A stretch of DNA of 62,538 nt, counting the filler, from Bipalium vagum (lineage: Eukaryota): the NCBI GenBank assembly GCA_037834085.1. It is 3 parts of 3 records of this genome, joined end to end, with 100 filler letters (N's around TTAATTAATTAA, not from the genome) between each part and the next. Parts side by side here need not be neighbours in the genome. Positions count along the whole stretch, not along the records: positions 23,344 to 41,515 come from JBBMKC010037958.1; positions 41,616 to 62,538 come from JBBMKC010244472.1; 1 more part is not named here. One strand, written 5' to 3'. Below the pieces are notes generated by a model. That model was not told where the DNA came from, did not search any database, and saw nothing but the letters and a program-made list of their open reading frames with translations. Numbering within the stretch: the first letter of the stretch is position 1; every line of letters begins with the position of its first letter. Below, one piece after another: positions 37,306 to 50,000 of the stretch. Position numbers and translations under genes: made by a program.

Positions 37306-38602
37306 AAGGGTGGTCAATGTTTAATTGCGCATTGTTTAAATAGCTCTTCTGTTAAATATATTAAATTTCTTTCTTTATTTTTTGAATATTATAGATCAAC
37401 TATATCAATTTAACGATTTACAAGTTTAGTTTTTAAATTGCTATCAAGATGAAGTCAAAAAAGTGTGAAGATGAAGCCAAGAGAATTATTCAGTTTTGAC
37501 AATTAATGGAGATTGAAAGATAACGATTAAGCACTTCGTAGATGAAGGATGCAAAAGGTAAACAATTCAGCAAATGTTGAAACGTTATGTTGATACTGAT
37601 AAAGTTGGATACTCTAAAGGTAAGGTCCACAACCATCCGTGTTAACTGCTAAACAGCTGAAGAAGATCAAAAATCATTATATGCGCAATCCAAACATCAG
37701 TGAACGTTCAACAGCTACTAAATTCAAAATTTCAAAAACCAGTGTAGCGAATGCGAAGAAAAAATTTAGAATCAAATCTTAGAAGAAGATTAATGGTCCA
37801 AAATATGTGAAAGATCAAAAGGAACGGGCAGAAAGATCACTTAGAAAACTGTACAAGCTGTCGATTCCGTCTGGCGGTAATAAGTTCTACGTTATGAATA
37901 ATGAAACATACTCTCTTGTTGATCCATCTCAGGTGCCAGGTAATGAATATTACAACATAATCGGCGATTGTGAGATTGATAATGAATTTAAAACAAAGAG
38001 AAAATCTAAGTTCTATCCTAAATATTTGGTATGGCAGGCGATTGCGCAGGATGGTCAAATTTCAGAACCTAATATCACGTCTGGAACGATTAACAAGCAA
38101 GTTTACCTTGAAAAATGTGTCAAGAAACATTTAGTTCAATCTATAAACAAATTTAAACAGGATCACGACGTAATCTTCTGGTCAGATATGGCTACCTCGC
38201 ATTATCCTACAATTGTGTGCAATTATCTAAATGAACATAAAATTGATTTTATAACCAAAGAGAGAAATACACCTGCTGTACCTAACCAAAGACCAATATA
38301 ACGTTTCTGGGCATTGTGCAAGAGAAGGTACAAAGAAATGAACAAAGATTGTGACACAATTCGAAAATTTAAGAATGCTTGGGTGAAGATTTCAAAGGAA
38401 GTAGCCCAGAAAAGCGGTGCTAATCTGTTTAAAAATTTCAATCATAATTTGTACACTGTTGGTTATAGAGGACTGTATTTTTATTGAATTCAAATATATG
38501 TATTTGTGTTCTTTGTATTTCCAAAGAAAGTTTTAAAAAATTTCATTCAGTTCAAATTTTATTCACCTTTGAACATCGCGCAAATAAACCTTGACCACCC
38601 TT
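37306..38602 (+). mobile_element. Full-length but inactive ITm DD37E-type transposon
   Basis: TIRs aagggtggtcaa../..ttgaccaccctt flanked by TA. VMNNETY..QVPGNEYY..KYLVWQAI..FWSDMATSHY..PNQRPI*RFW, with the catalytic Glu position as a stop; several other stops. Confidence 0.9.
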
Positions 38603-39449
38603 TATTTTGAATTTCTCAAAAATAGAAAAATATCTATTGTAATTTATGCAATTTTTGATTTAGCACCGCCATGAAACACAATAAGTGTTTATTTTTGATG
38701 TGCTATCCTTGAATATCGTGTCACAATCATTGCATTTAGCTAAAATCATTAATGATATTATAAATTACCTGATATGAATAACAGACTGTTTTCTCTTTAA
38801 AACATAATTGCGTCGGATGGCACATCCATCACAATTCTGTTTATTAATTTAATATTCATTTCTTTATTATCAACATGAAAAATTTGATATCGATCAAAAA
38901 AGAGACTTGGTTCAGTTTGTGTATAAATAATGAAAATATTATTTTAAAAAACAGATTTATTATTATTATTATTCAGATTACAAAATGTTCTATTTGAATT
39001 AAATATTTTTTTATTACTTAAATTATATTTCATTTCTAAACACAAATTAATTATATAAAATATTTTCAATTATTATTATTATCTTCGATATTTTACTTTT
39101 CATTAATTATCACACTTATAAATTTATTTACTAATAATTACATTTTTATCATTATTATTTCGTAATCATTTCTTTTATTACCTTCATTATTTTAAAATGG
39201 AAGTAATTTTTCTTTATAATTATTTAGAAAGTCTTTTACAGCTTACATTGAAATCAAGATTCTTGTAGATTCATCATGTAATTTTAAGAAGAGAAGATGA
39301 ATTATTGGATTAAGTCACATTTTCTCATATTCCAAATGGTATAAAAGAAGTTATCTTCCCATCACAGTAATGTAAAGACTGCGTAAAACTGTGACAAAAA
39401 ACAGATTTATTTATAAACAAATTGTAATTCTTTTTGAATACGAAAAAAC

Positions 39450-39762
39450 CAAAAGTAAACAACCTTTTAAGCTCTCACGGTACAAAGGGTAAACACAGAG
39501 ATGGCTCCGCTACATTTGTAGCACTATGATTGATATCTGGCAGGAGTTAAGATGCTCAGTGCTGTCTGTGATTTGATTGGCTGTTTGTTTGCATTTTATT
39601 TCAGCCAATCAATAATGCCATTGTAAATTATAAAAATTGTTTGAATAATCAGTCGATTATTATTTAATTTTGTGGAATATAATTCGCTTCCAAACCTATT
39701 GATTTCCTATAAAATTTGGGGCAAATATTTCATTTGGTATTTTTGTTTTCAATGAGGTGAGT
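39450..39762 (+). promoter_or_regulatory. Candidate promoter and first micro-exon of an unidentified gene
   Basis: Forkhead-like GTAAACA twice, opposed CCAAT boxes (ttgattggctg..cagccaatcaa), TATAAAA twice, then ATGAG|GTGAGT consensus donor at 39752-39762. Confidence 0.4.
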
Positions 39763-40459
39763 TGTTTAATTTAATTTTTTTTTCGTCAAATATTTGTATT
39801 TGAATTATAGAAAAGTTGACCTCGAAAAAATTTTGCATAATAAATTTATATTTTTAATGAGCAAATATTACTTGATCAAATAGTTAATTTTTATCAATGG
39901 AAAAATTGAGAACCTTATTATTAAGATTTTATTTTTTATTATAAAATACTTATTATTTCCCCTTTTCTTTGATCTTGGATCAATGATCTTCAAATATTTT
40001 GAAAGTTAAAATTTTGTATTTGTGATTGTTTTAAAGAAAATTTTCATTAACCCTCTAAAAATGTGAAGAAGTAATTAGAAATATATTATATAAAATAATT
40101 AAATATTTAATTATTCTATTTTCAATTTTCTAATCACATTTTTTATGTTTAACGTTACATTTATTTATTACAAAAGTACTTATCTGATTGAAATTTCAAT
40201 GAATTCTGTAACTACAGTGATCTTTTTCACATTTCCCATTTAACACAATGTAAATAAAAATGGATATTAATGGATATTATAATTTTTTGCAATTAAAATA
40301 TCCTTAAGTGAAACAACAATCAGGAGAAATCTTTCACTTTTGTTTTAATTACTTTAACATTGTTTCACTATTATTACAATGATGATAATTTTTAAACAAT
40401 TTTGTTCTCTCAAAAAACATTTCCAAAAATTGTATAAAAGAAAAAATTGCGAAAACAAC

Positions 40460-40472
40460 AATAATAATAATG

Positions 40473-40524
<52 letters not shown>

Positions 40525-40547
40525 TAATAATGATAATAGTAATAATA
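40460..40547. repeat. (AAT)n microsatellite
   Basis: Near-perfect AAT run; source of the spurious poly-Leu and poly-Tyr ORFs. Confidence 0.95.
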
Positions 40548-40559
40548 GCAAAAATTAAA

Positions 40560-41150
40560 GTCTGTTGATTTCTGGTAAGATTTTATATTTAGCCTGATTA
40601 AGAACAAAAGAACCTGAGGTCACAAGCAAAATAATGGTGCTTGTACTTCTAATGAACATACCGTTCCATGTTGGTTTGTTAAATTTCTTAGCGGAAATGA
40701 AAGTCTGGAAAATGAGAGGTACGACAGTCGAGTAGTTTTGCTTGACAATAATTGAAAGCTGCAATTTAAGCTGGCCTCCGATTAACCACAGAGGAAATTG
40801 CAAAAGAATTATATGTCATCCACACCACAAATTAAAATAAATAGAAAATTGAAGAAATAAATTCTGCATGACATGACGGAAAAGCAAAAATAATCTTCTT
40901 GCTTCTTCTATTAAACAAGAACCAATCACTTCTGAAACACATTGTAACATGTGAGGAGGAGTGGATAGCGTATAATGAAATGAAATGAAATGGTCAGTGG
41001 TTAAATCATGATGAACCTCCAAGAAACGTTTCCAAGCCAAAATTAGAGAAAAAGAACAAAATGTCTACTGATTCTTGGTCTCAAATGGCTCTGAATAATT
41101 TCAGTTTCGTAAAAAATTAAACTCCAGTAATCGGGAAGTTGTTATAATTG
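40560..41150 (+). mobile_element. mariner transposase relic
   Basis: NEHTVPCWFVKFLSGNESLENE, LKHIVTCEEEWIAYN and QWLNHDEPPRNVSKPKL. Confidence 0.75.
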
Positions 41151-41319
41151 CCTTTAGAAAAATTTTAGTTTCTGGATAATAGTTTTTCTCTTTTCGAAAA
41201 AACTGTATAATCGAATGGTTCTTATTTCAAATAATAAAATATTGTTACACATGAGTCTTAGCAGTTTAAAATTAAAAGTATTTGAATCAAAATTTCTTTC
41301 GTACTAACCTAATAATTAT

Positions 41320-41515
41320 CATTAATTAATTATAATTAACTATAATTATTATTAACTATTATTATAAATATTATTATCATTTATTATTATTACTTTATTA
41401 TTATTATAATAACTATTATTATTATTATAATAACTATTATTATTATTATAATAACTATTATTATTATTATAATAACTATTATTATTATTACTTTTATTAT
41501 TATTATTATTTTTTA
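41320..41515. repeat. AT-rich tandem repeat (tattattattataataac-type units) at contig end
   Basis: Seen directly. Confidence 0.85.
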
Positions 41516-41615
41516 NNNNNNNNNNNNNNNNNNNNNNNNNNNNNNNNNNNNNNNNNNNNTTAATTAATTAANNNNNNNNNNNNNNNNNNNNNNNNNNNNN
41601 NNNNNNNNNNNNNNN
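41516..41615. other. Artificial contig spacer
   Basis: 44 N + TTAATTAATTAA + 44 N. Confidence 0.95.
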
Positions 41616-42152
41616 TATTGGCCTTTCAATGTTAATGACATTTTTAAAATCATTATTCAATTACTTAAAAGCTGATATATATTAAATTGAACAGGAAGCC
41701 AACGTTTTATGATTGAAGGAACTTGAAAGAATACTTGCATTGTAAGTTTGATTTCTCCAACAGAAATTTGAAATAAAATAAGCTGATTTCATTGATTTGA
41801 TTTCATGATCCGTTCATCAACATCTATAAATAGTTGTCCAATAGGAATGCACTTACTATTGGCTGTCAATAAGTGCGTTCCTATTCCAAAAAAGAACCCA
41901 AAATTTTTAAATTTCTTAAAAAAGGGGTAATATTTTTGCAATATTTTTACAAAACAACCTAATATTATTATTTTTTCAAAATGATCAAATATTCTTAGGC
42001 AAAATTGTTATAATTTTTTAAAGTATAATGTAATTTAAACAAATTATTTATTACAGTTTAAAATATAAAAATTGTATTACGTTATTTTATTACTTTATTA
42101 TTATGACATTTGAATCAGAATAAAATGTAATGAAAAATTTAAAATGTTTATT

Positions 42153-43454
42153 TCCTAGTTAGTCCAAAAATTTTCCAGGAAGAAAAATTTTAAAAAATTC
42201 TAAAAATTTTATTTACAAAATACATTTTAATCACACATAAATTTAGTCATTAACGTAAAGTCCATCATTCTCTATAACATTGCGCCATTATTCTGCAATT
42301 AATCTGATCTTTTTGAAATATCAGTCACGATCTTTAAAATCAAAACTGATTACAAGCTTTTTCAACCTCTGTAACTGTTTGAGACTGCCGATCACGCAAG
42401 AAATGTTGTATTGAGCGGAACAAACTATAATCCGAAGGTGATATATCGGGACTTTAGAGTGGATGTGGTAATACCTCAATCCATTTAATTTTTTGTTGGG
42501 TTAATTTAGCACGATGTGGAGAAGCATTGTCGAGCACGTTTCTTGTTGATTAAGACAGAATATTTTTCTTTCAAAATGTTGTAAGCACGATCTAGGTGTT
42601 GGCAGTAATACTTATCATTAATTGTTTGACTATATAGAAGAAGCTCAAAATACAATAAATCATCAATGTTCCACCAAACAATAACCATCAACTTTCTAAA
42701 ACGATCTTGCCGAACAACTGGTACAGTTTCTTGCCTACGTTAAACCTACTGCTTCTTTTGATAGTTATTCACGTAAAATCCAACTTTTCATCACAGGTTA
42801 TAATGCGCTTTTAAAATCGGTCATCTAATGGATTATTCAGTAACTCCTGGCATATTTCAACACATCGCCTGGTTTGTACATCAAATCGGATCAAACGGAA
42901 GATTTTTGAGAATGTAACCATGCTGTTTCAAGTAGTTATGAATTTTTTGCTTACATGTGCCAGGACTGCTGCCACATCACTTGTACTTGAGTGAGGTTGT
43001 TCTTCCAAAACATTACATAGCTCTTCCCTGTTTCCTACAGATGGCCTTCCTGGCTTAGGTTTGTCTTGGAGACTGGCATCCCCTTGGTTGAAACAATTCA
43101 GAAGCATTAGACTTGCTTACTTTGCCTTCTACTTCAGTAATGCAATTTTCTGTAACATCTTCCCTGGTAGACAAACCTTTCTTTCAGAAATACTCGAATT
43201 TCAATTTTTTCATCTGACATTTCCATACAAATAACTAAACAAAAACTATAGTGATGATTCATAGTCTCATTGATTAATATATATAACATACAATACGTTG
43301 TGTTTGTAATAGATATTTGTTGTGCTTTTAATAGATTCTAATAAGATTTAATATTAACATTCTTACAGTGATGGTAATGTATGATTTCAAAAAAGTTACT
43401 TTTGCTTTATTATTCATTGTTCATATTATCTGGAAACTTTTTGGACGGCCTGGT
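42153..43454 (-). mobile_element. Full-length decayed mariner element (~1.3 kb)
   Basis: TIR cores gtccaaaaattttccag / ctggaaactttttggac. Minus strand reads IITCDEKL, MVIVWWNIDDLLYFELL, DNASPH, HPL*SPDISPSDYSLFRSIQHFL. Confidence 0.88.
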
Positions 43455-43580
43455 AATTGATATTTTTTTATGTGATCATTGTCTTCAGAGCCTAACGTTT
43501 CTTTCAGAATCTTAACAGAAAGACATTTATAAGATTTTGCCAGATATTAAAATCATATTTTAACATAATAATTAACATAT

Positions 43581-43871
43581 CAGTGGTTTTCAACCTTCTT
43601 TGTGGAGCGGAACCCCACGAAAACATTCTTCTAGATCGAGGAATAATTGTGCAATAATATAATTGTTTTATGTAGAAAACAGCATTTATTTTTTAAAATG
43701 AAATAAAAATATGTATGTTCAGAGTTTTGTACATGTTTGTTGACGAAATGAAAACAAAATTGTACATGTTTAAATAGATTAAATTTATTCTACTCAAAAA
43801 CTGCGATTTTCTCATTTAGAAATTGAAGAACCCCTGGAGTATACTGATGGAACAATGGTTGAAAACCACTG
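43581..43871. mobile_element. hAT (Charlie-like) MITE
   Basis: Perfect 15-bp TIR CAGTGGTTTTCAACC / GGTTGAAAACCACTG; the 8-bp TSD is not cleanly preserved. Confidence 0.8.
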
Positions 43872-44078
43872 ACACACATAATGCAAATGTAAAATAAATT
43901 TATATGATACATGTGTAGTAAAACAATTTGTATGTTTTCAAATATTGATCTATTACCATTTTATGTATTTTTCTTAGTTAAAATTATAATCTTTTTTCAT
44001 TTGGTAAAATTTTAATATTGTCTTATTTAAAACTTAATTTGTGTTTCAAATAAAATTATTTACATTAGTTTACTTTAG

Positions 44079-47000
44079 GAACTATATTAATATTCTTACC
44101 TGATTATAACCATTTGCAACAATTAAAAACAATGTTAGTTAACAATTATGAAGAAATATTTGACAAAATGAACAAGTTTTATTTTTTCAAGATCTTACCA
44201 TAAATAGAATTCTTTATCAGATATCAGATATATCTTTTACATTCGTGGATGATGATACAAGATTTGAATAGTTTATTAACGAACTACACAAATGATTACC
44301 GAAAAATAGTAATATTCTTGATTTTTCATACAATATTTTTTGATCTATTAAGTCATTTTTGAGATTGATAAGCCTTGAATTTAATCAAGTCAATATTATA
44401 ATCAATTAAGTCACTATTGAATCTAATAAAGTCAGTATTATTCATGTATCCCGAAACGCTGATTGCACAAATGAATGAAGATTCAAATATTCTCAGGAGC
44501 TTTGTCAATTGGAACAAACTCATCTAATTGAATCATTTTAATTTTTAGATTATTTTTAAATTTTGAATTTAAAGTGATAACATGACCACAATGGAATCAA
44601 GTGTTCATGCATTACATTAGTCCCCCAATCAGGAAGCCGAAACATCTCTTGTAGATATTATGAATAGAAATGAATTTTGCAGTTAATGGAGAATTTTCTC
44701 AATTTAGTCTGAGTAAAAAGATAAGTGTAACGAGATTAGTATTGTATCCCATATATTAATTATGTATAATGCACATATACATCAATAAAAAATGGAATTT
44801 TGAAAGATTCTACATTTTGTACCTGCCACTGTATGTACATAATCACCTCATTTTTTCATGTTTTTACAATTTATCTTAATTGTATTTAATCTCTATTTTT
44901 GTGAACAGTATTTCTTGTTGATCATAAGTTTAGCTAGAAAAAGAATAATTAAAATATTAAAACTATATTTAACCCTTTCGCTGCTCCACACGTATATATT
45001 CGCAAAAAAAACTTGTGTATCATACGCTCCCGACGAATATTTTCGCGCTTAGTTTTAAATTAGTTAGCTGCTCAATACGACTATTTTTACTATGTATTAT
45101 TCATGTTTTCTGCTCTATACGATTATTTTTGCTGTTTAATACGTATTTAAGGCTACCAAAATAAATGCGCACAGCAGGCACAAAATCTCAAAACGAATTG
45201 CGCAGCGAAAAGGTTAAATATCTGTAATTAACAATTATCAATATTAACAATATCAATATTAACAATGGCCGCCTTTAACATTTATCATTTTCTACAAGCG
45301 CCTCGAAATACTGTCATTAGTTTTGTGGAACATATCATAAAAAATTTCATTGTGGAACCAGACTCTGTCAGTGCTACTGTTTAGATTCTTTTTCGTTGTG
45401 TGAGTCATCTACCACAGATTAGTCTTCATAATGCTCCAGATATTTTCAATTTGGTTCAGATCCTGTGAATTCCCTGACCAGGACATGGCATTGACATTGT
45501 TACAAGACAAAAATTGGAAACAACTTGTGATAAGACGCGGAATCATGCATAAATTTGCAGCTAGAAGTCGATCCGAACCATTTTTTATCTGTGACAGCAA
45601 TTGTGGTCTCATGACTTCAAGATATTGTATCTTCTTCATCATGCCATTGACTACATAAAGACATCCGGGGCTTTAAGAACTGATAACACCACACAACATG
45701 ACCTGAATGCCTAACAGTTTCTGTCAACGGTGGCGGACTAATCGGCGTTTGCCAAAAGTGTTTCTTTTTAGCTGATTGATACTCGAATATACTGTCATCA
45801 CTGAAGCACACCTTCCTTCAGAAATCAACTGGTTTATTAATGAAATGACAAGCAAACTTAATACACTTGACTTTCGAGGTTGGAATGTCAACTTTGGTTT
45901 CTTCAAGGGATTCACAGATTTGCATCCTAATTCATTGAGACGACGCTGCACTGTGTGTACCGTCACATTCACTCCCATCTCTACTAATTGTGCTTTGAAC
46001 TGATTAGCTGAAAGCACCTTGTATCGTCTTATCATGGTGACCATAGGACAATTATTTTGACTTTATGTCTTCCATTTTGGGTCACATCTGCCGAACCTAG
46101 ATTTCGCTAATCCTCTCTTGTTTTTGAGTATACTCGAATGGTGAATATTTCATCTGTCTTACGGAGAAATTACCTGTACGAAATAATAATATCTGAACTT
46201 GGCCAACAATGATGGAGTTTAAATCTGTACCTTAACCCATGCTTAATAATGATGGAATCAATAAAAATGATAATTACATTAATAATAATTCATTCAAAAC
46301 AAATTAAGATAACTTGAAAAAAAATCCAATGGTTATAATTGACACGTACTGCAGTTGCTATATGAGTTGAGTTTCTTTAAACATAAAATGTTAAGTATAA
46401 CCTATAATTTTAGATATTATCCACAAGTATCGGGGAGTCTAGTTTAAATATCCACAATGTATCTTTTGTGATTGATAGTGGATTAGAAATAAAAGTATAT
46501 GATTGGTATATATTGATATAAACAAAAATCATTGATAGAAAGTGTATGATGAAGTCTTAGATGTCACAACTTTAAAGACTATTTTCATATCTAAAGCCCA
46601 AGCTGCTCATCGTGCATCTCGGTAGTTATATTTTAAAATATTATATTTCAATTTATATTTTAGAGCTAATAATTCTGTAAACCGATTTTGCTTTCATTTA
46701 TTTACAGTAACTCAATATCAAGCGCTTGACGATCACAGTGTTCCTCAGATCATGCACCATCCTTTAAATGCACATAATTATTATATATTAAAATATTTAT
46801 ATATGTATAGGATTTCATCTTACAAACTAAACTGTTAGTTCCAGTTGGATTTACCATAAATCAATTTATCGGAACAATGATAGACTATCCAAAAATAGAG
46901 TCTTGTCAAATGTCTATGAAATTACTTCAGGTTTTTATAAATATAAAAAATTATTAATATTGTATTAAAATTCATATAAATCTCTCAAAAACCAAAAATA

Positions 47001-50000
47001 TGTACGAATAATACCTTAAAGTGATTACCACTTAGTTACTATATGCTTAGTGTTAAAATTAAAATAAGTTCAATAAATAAATTAATAACTTTAATTAATA
47101 AATAATTAATGAATGTTATTTAATAAATACTTTATAAAATAAAGTGAAAATAGATCATTTTAAAACTTTAAATAAATTGAAATATCAATACTTATAATTG
47201 AATAGTAATTAACATATATCCCAAGATCGTGTAAAACATTATGAAATTTCTATAGATTTATCTTTAATCAATTTCAAATTAAACTTAAAGTTGAAAAATC
47301 CATACTATATTTAATTTGACTTTATTATCATTTATATATTTTATTATCATTTTTTATTTTATTATTTTTCGTTCTATTATATTTGCAACTACAAAATTAT
47401 TTTCATTAATTAAATAATGGATTGAACATTCATGAATTTAATCAAGAATTTTTGAAATTAGATATAATTTTATTTATTAAAATTTAATGTAATGTAGTTT
47501 ATTGGTGCTCTGGATAACTGTGAAGACCTAACTGCACTTGGATATCATCTCTACGATTTACCATTGGATCCAGCTTATGGTAAAATGGTATTATCGAGTG
47601 TCTTCTTAAAATGTTTGGATCCAATTTTAACAATATCATGCATATTAAACATCCAAGATCCTTGTAAAAATTTTGATAATCTTAAATATATAAATATAAA
47701 TTTTATTTATTGCTGAAGTTACTGATATTTCATCGTTTACGAAATACAGAGAGTTAATGGAAATTAAGAAAAGGTTTGCATCTACTACATATAGTGACCA
47801 CATGGTTTTATTAAGAGCTTTTCAAGTATAAAATTAAACTTGCATAGAACTGAAGTTAATCTTTTTAGTTTTGGCAAAAATCTCGAGCTGAAGGCTGGGA
47901 AAATACATTTTGTCAGAAAAATTATTTATCATCAGCAACATTTGAAATAATTACTGGTCTAAGGTAAATTTTAAAAAAATATGTTAACTCTCATTTCACT
48001 TTTTCTAGAAGAAAATTCGGTAATTAAATTTATTTATTTATATATGTACATGTATATTTAAGGATGTCACTTTAAGCCCTTGGTTTACTGACTTTTATCT
48101 TTTTTCTTGGCGTGTTCTTTTAATTTGGAATCAAAATTAAGGACAATAGTCCTTACTATTAGATTAATTCAAGTAAAATGGAAGATGAGATTTTTTTATT
48201 AAACAAAATATTAAACAAAAAGTAAAAATCAAGAATCTATACAATTTTAAATAACGTTAGATATAGGATACGCGTACAACAATGACACCTTGCCAATAAT
48301 CAAAAAGTTATTCGATATAGGCCAATTTCTGGCTTCGGTTATATTTTTTTAAAAGTGTTTTTTAAAATCGAACTAATCTGTATGTTGCCAACCTCGAAAA
48401 GTTCACTTAAGCTGACAAAAGCAATCGTAATCACATGGTAAAATATCTGAGGAATATCGTGGCTTCCGTAATTTCTTTGTATATTAAAAATTTCTGAACA
48501 ATGTTTGATTTGCGTGTGAGTACCTTGTCATGGGGAATAAAAGATGCTTTGAATGATTATTAAAGCCATTTTACTTATTTTGCGTCTTAATATTGTTTTG
48601 TAAAATTCAGTATTAACTATCTTGTTCTCTTCACAAAGATGACACCAAGCGACACCTGCCTAGCCCATTACTATCAACAACATCCGTTTATCAACACAAT
48701 TCGATTCACTATGAACTAGTGCATTATTTGTTCTCTTACCTCGCTTAGTCGTTATGAAAAAGTTGCCTTTCCTAAAGCTTTTGAAATATTTTTCGATTGT
48801 TTCCTTTGGAATGTAACTGTTCGGAAACAATTTCTTTAATTCATTTTCAACAGCACCTGAATTGAACCTTTTTAAAAATATAATTTTTAAATAAACATGA
48901 TGTTCGTCACGACTAATTGATTTGTTTATTTTCTCCTTGTTTAAAATCAAAATTGTTATTTAAATTAGACTCGAACATTCTAATATCTATATATGCATTC
49001 TTTGAAAAAATTATTTACCCACTGTGTATTAGAATGAGTATTACGTTTTACTTAGCTTTAATCATAAATAAATATACAATATTATATATAAGTTATTTGC
49101 CTAATGTATAATTTATATTATTATAATTGATTTAGTTATGAAATTCGATTTATCAGGCAAATGATATGTTTCAAGCAGGTAAATCTCGCAAATGGATTTC
49201 TGAATTTTTGAATGTACCAAGGAGAACAGCGGGGTATTGGATTCATCAATGTCAGATTAGAGGAACCATCGATCATAAATTGGGTGCAGGCAGACCAAGA
49301 AAATGTCATCCAGAGCCAATAAATTATTAGTAAGACTAGCAAGAAAACATCGTTTTGCTTCTACCAGATGCCTATTAAATTTTGGGGTGAACAAGTAACG
49401 TACCGACCTGTGTATCGGCGTTTACGTGATGTCCGGATAAGCAGATACAAGCCTGTTAAAAAACTCTTATTGACGAAAGTAAATGTTGAAGCTCGAAAAC
49501 AGTGGTCTTTAAGTGAAAGTCTCTGGTATCTAGTTAGAATCAATTGAATTTTATTGTGTGTCTGAAGAATCCCATTTTCGGATCTTCAATAATGATGGTC
49601 GAACTAGAGTGTGGAGAGAGAAAGGAGAAAGATTTAAGAAAGCTCTAGTTGTGCAAGCTGTTCAATGTGGAGGAATTTGTGGTGCAATTTGAAAAGGAAG
49701 CCGCAGCGAATTACAAATCTTACATGGGAATGTGAATAGCTGTAGAACCATTTTTTAATTTTTAGAATCTGACAACAGTCTACCAAACCAATGGATTTTT
49801 CAACATGACAATTCTCCAGCATATTAATCTTGTACTATCAAAAGATTTTTCGAAAATTTGGAATTAGAGTTTTACCATGGCCTGCCAGATCGCCAGACCT
49901 TAACCCCATTGAAAATGTCTTGGATTATATAGGTAAAAAAATTAACTCTCGGGAAACACTACCTATTAACTTGGAACAATTAAGGCAATTTATTATTGAA

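Noticed and set aside
40354-40607. Poly-Leu and poly-Tyr ORFs
   Set aside because: Translations of the (AAT)n microsatellite.
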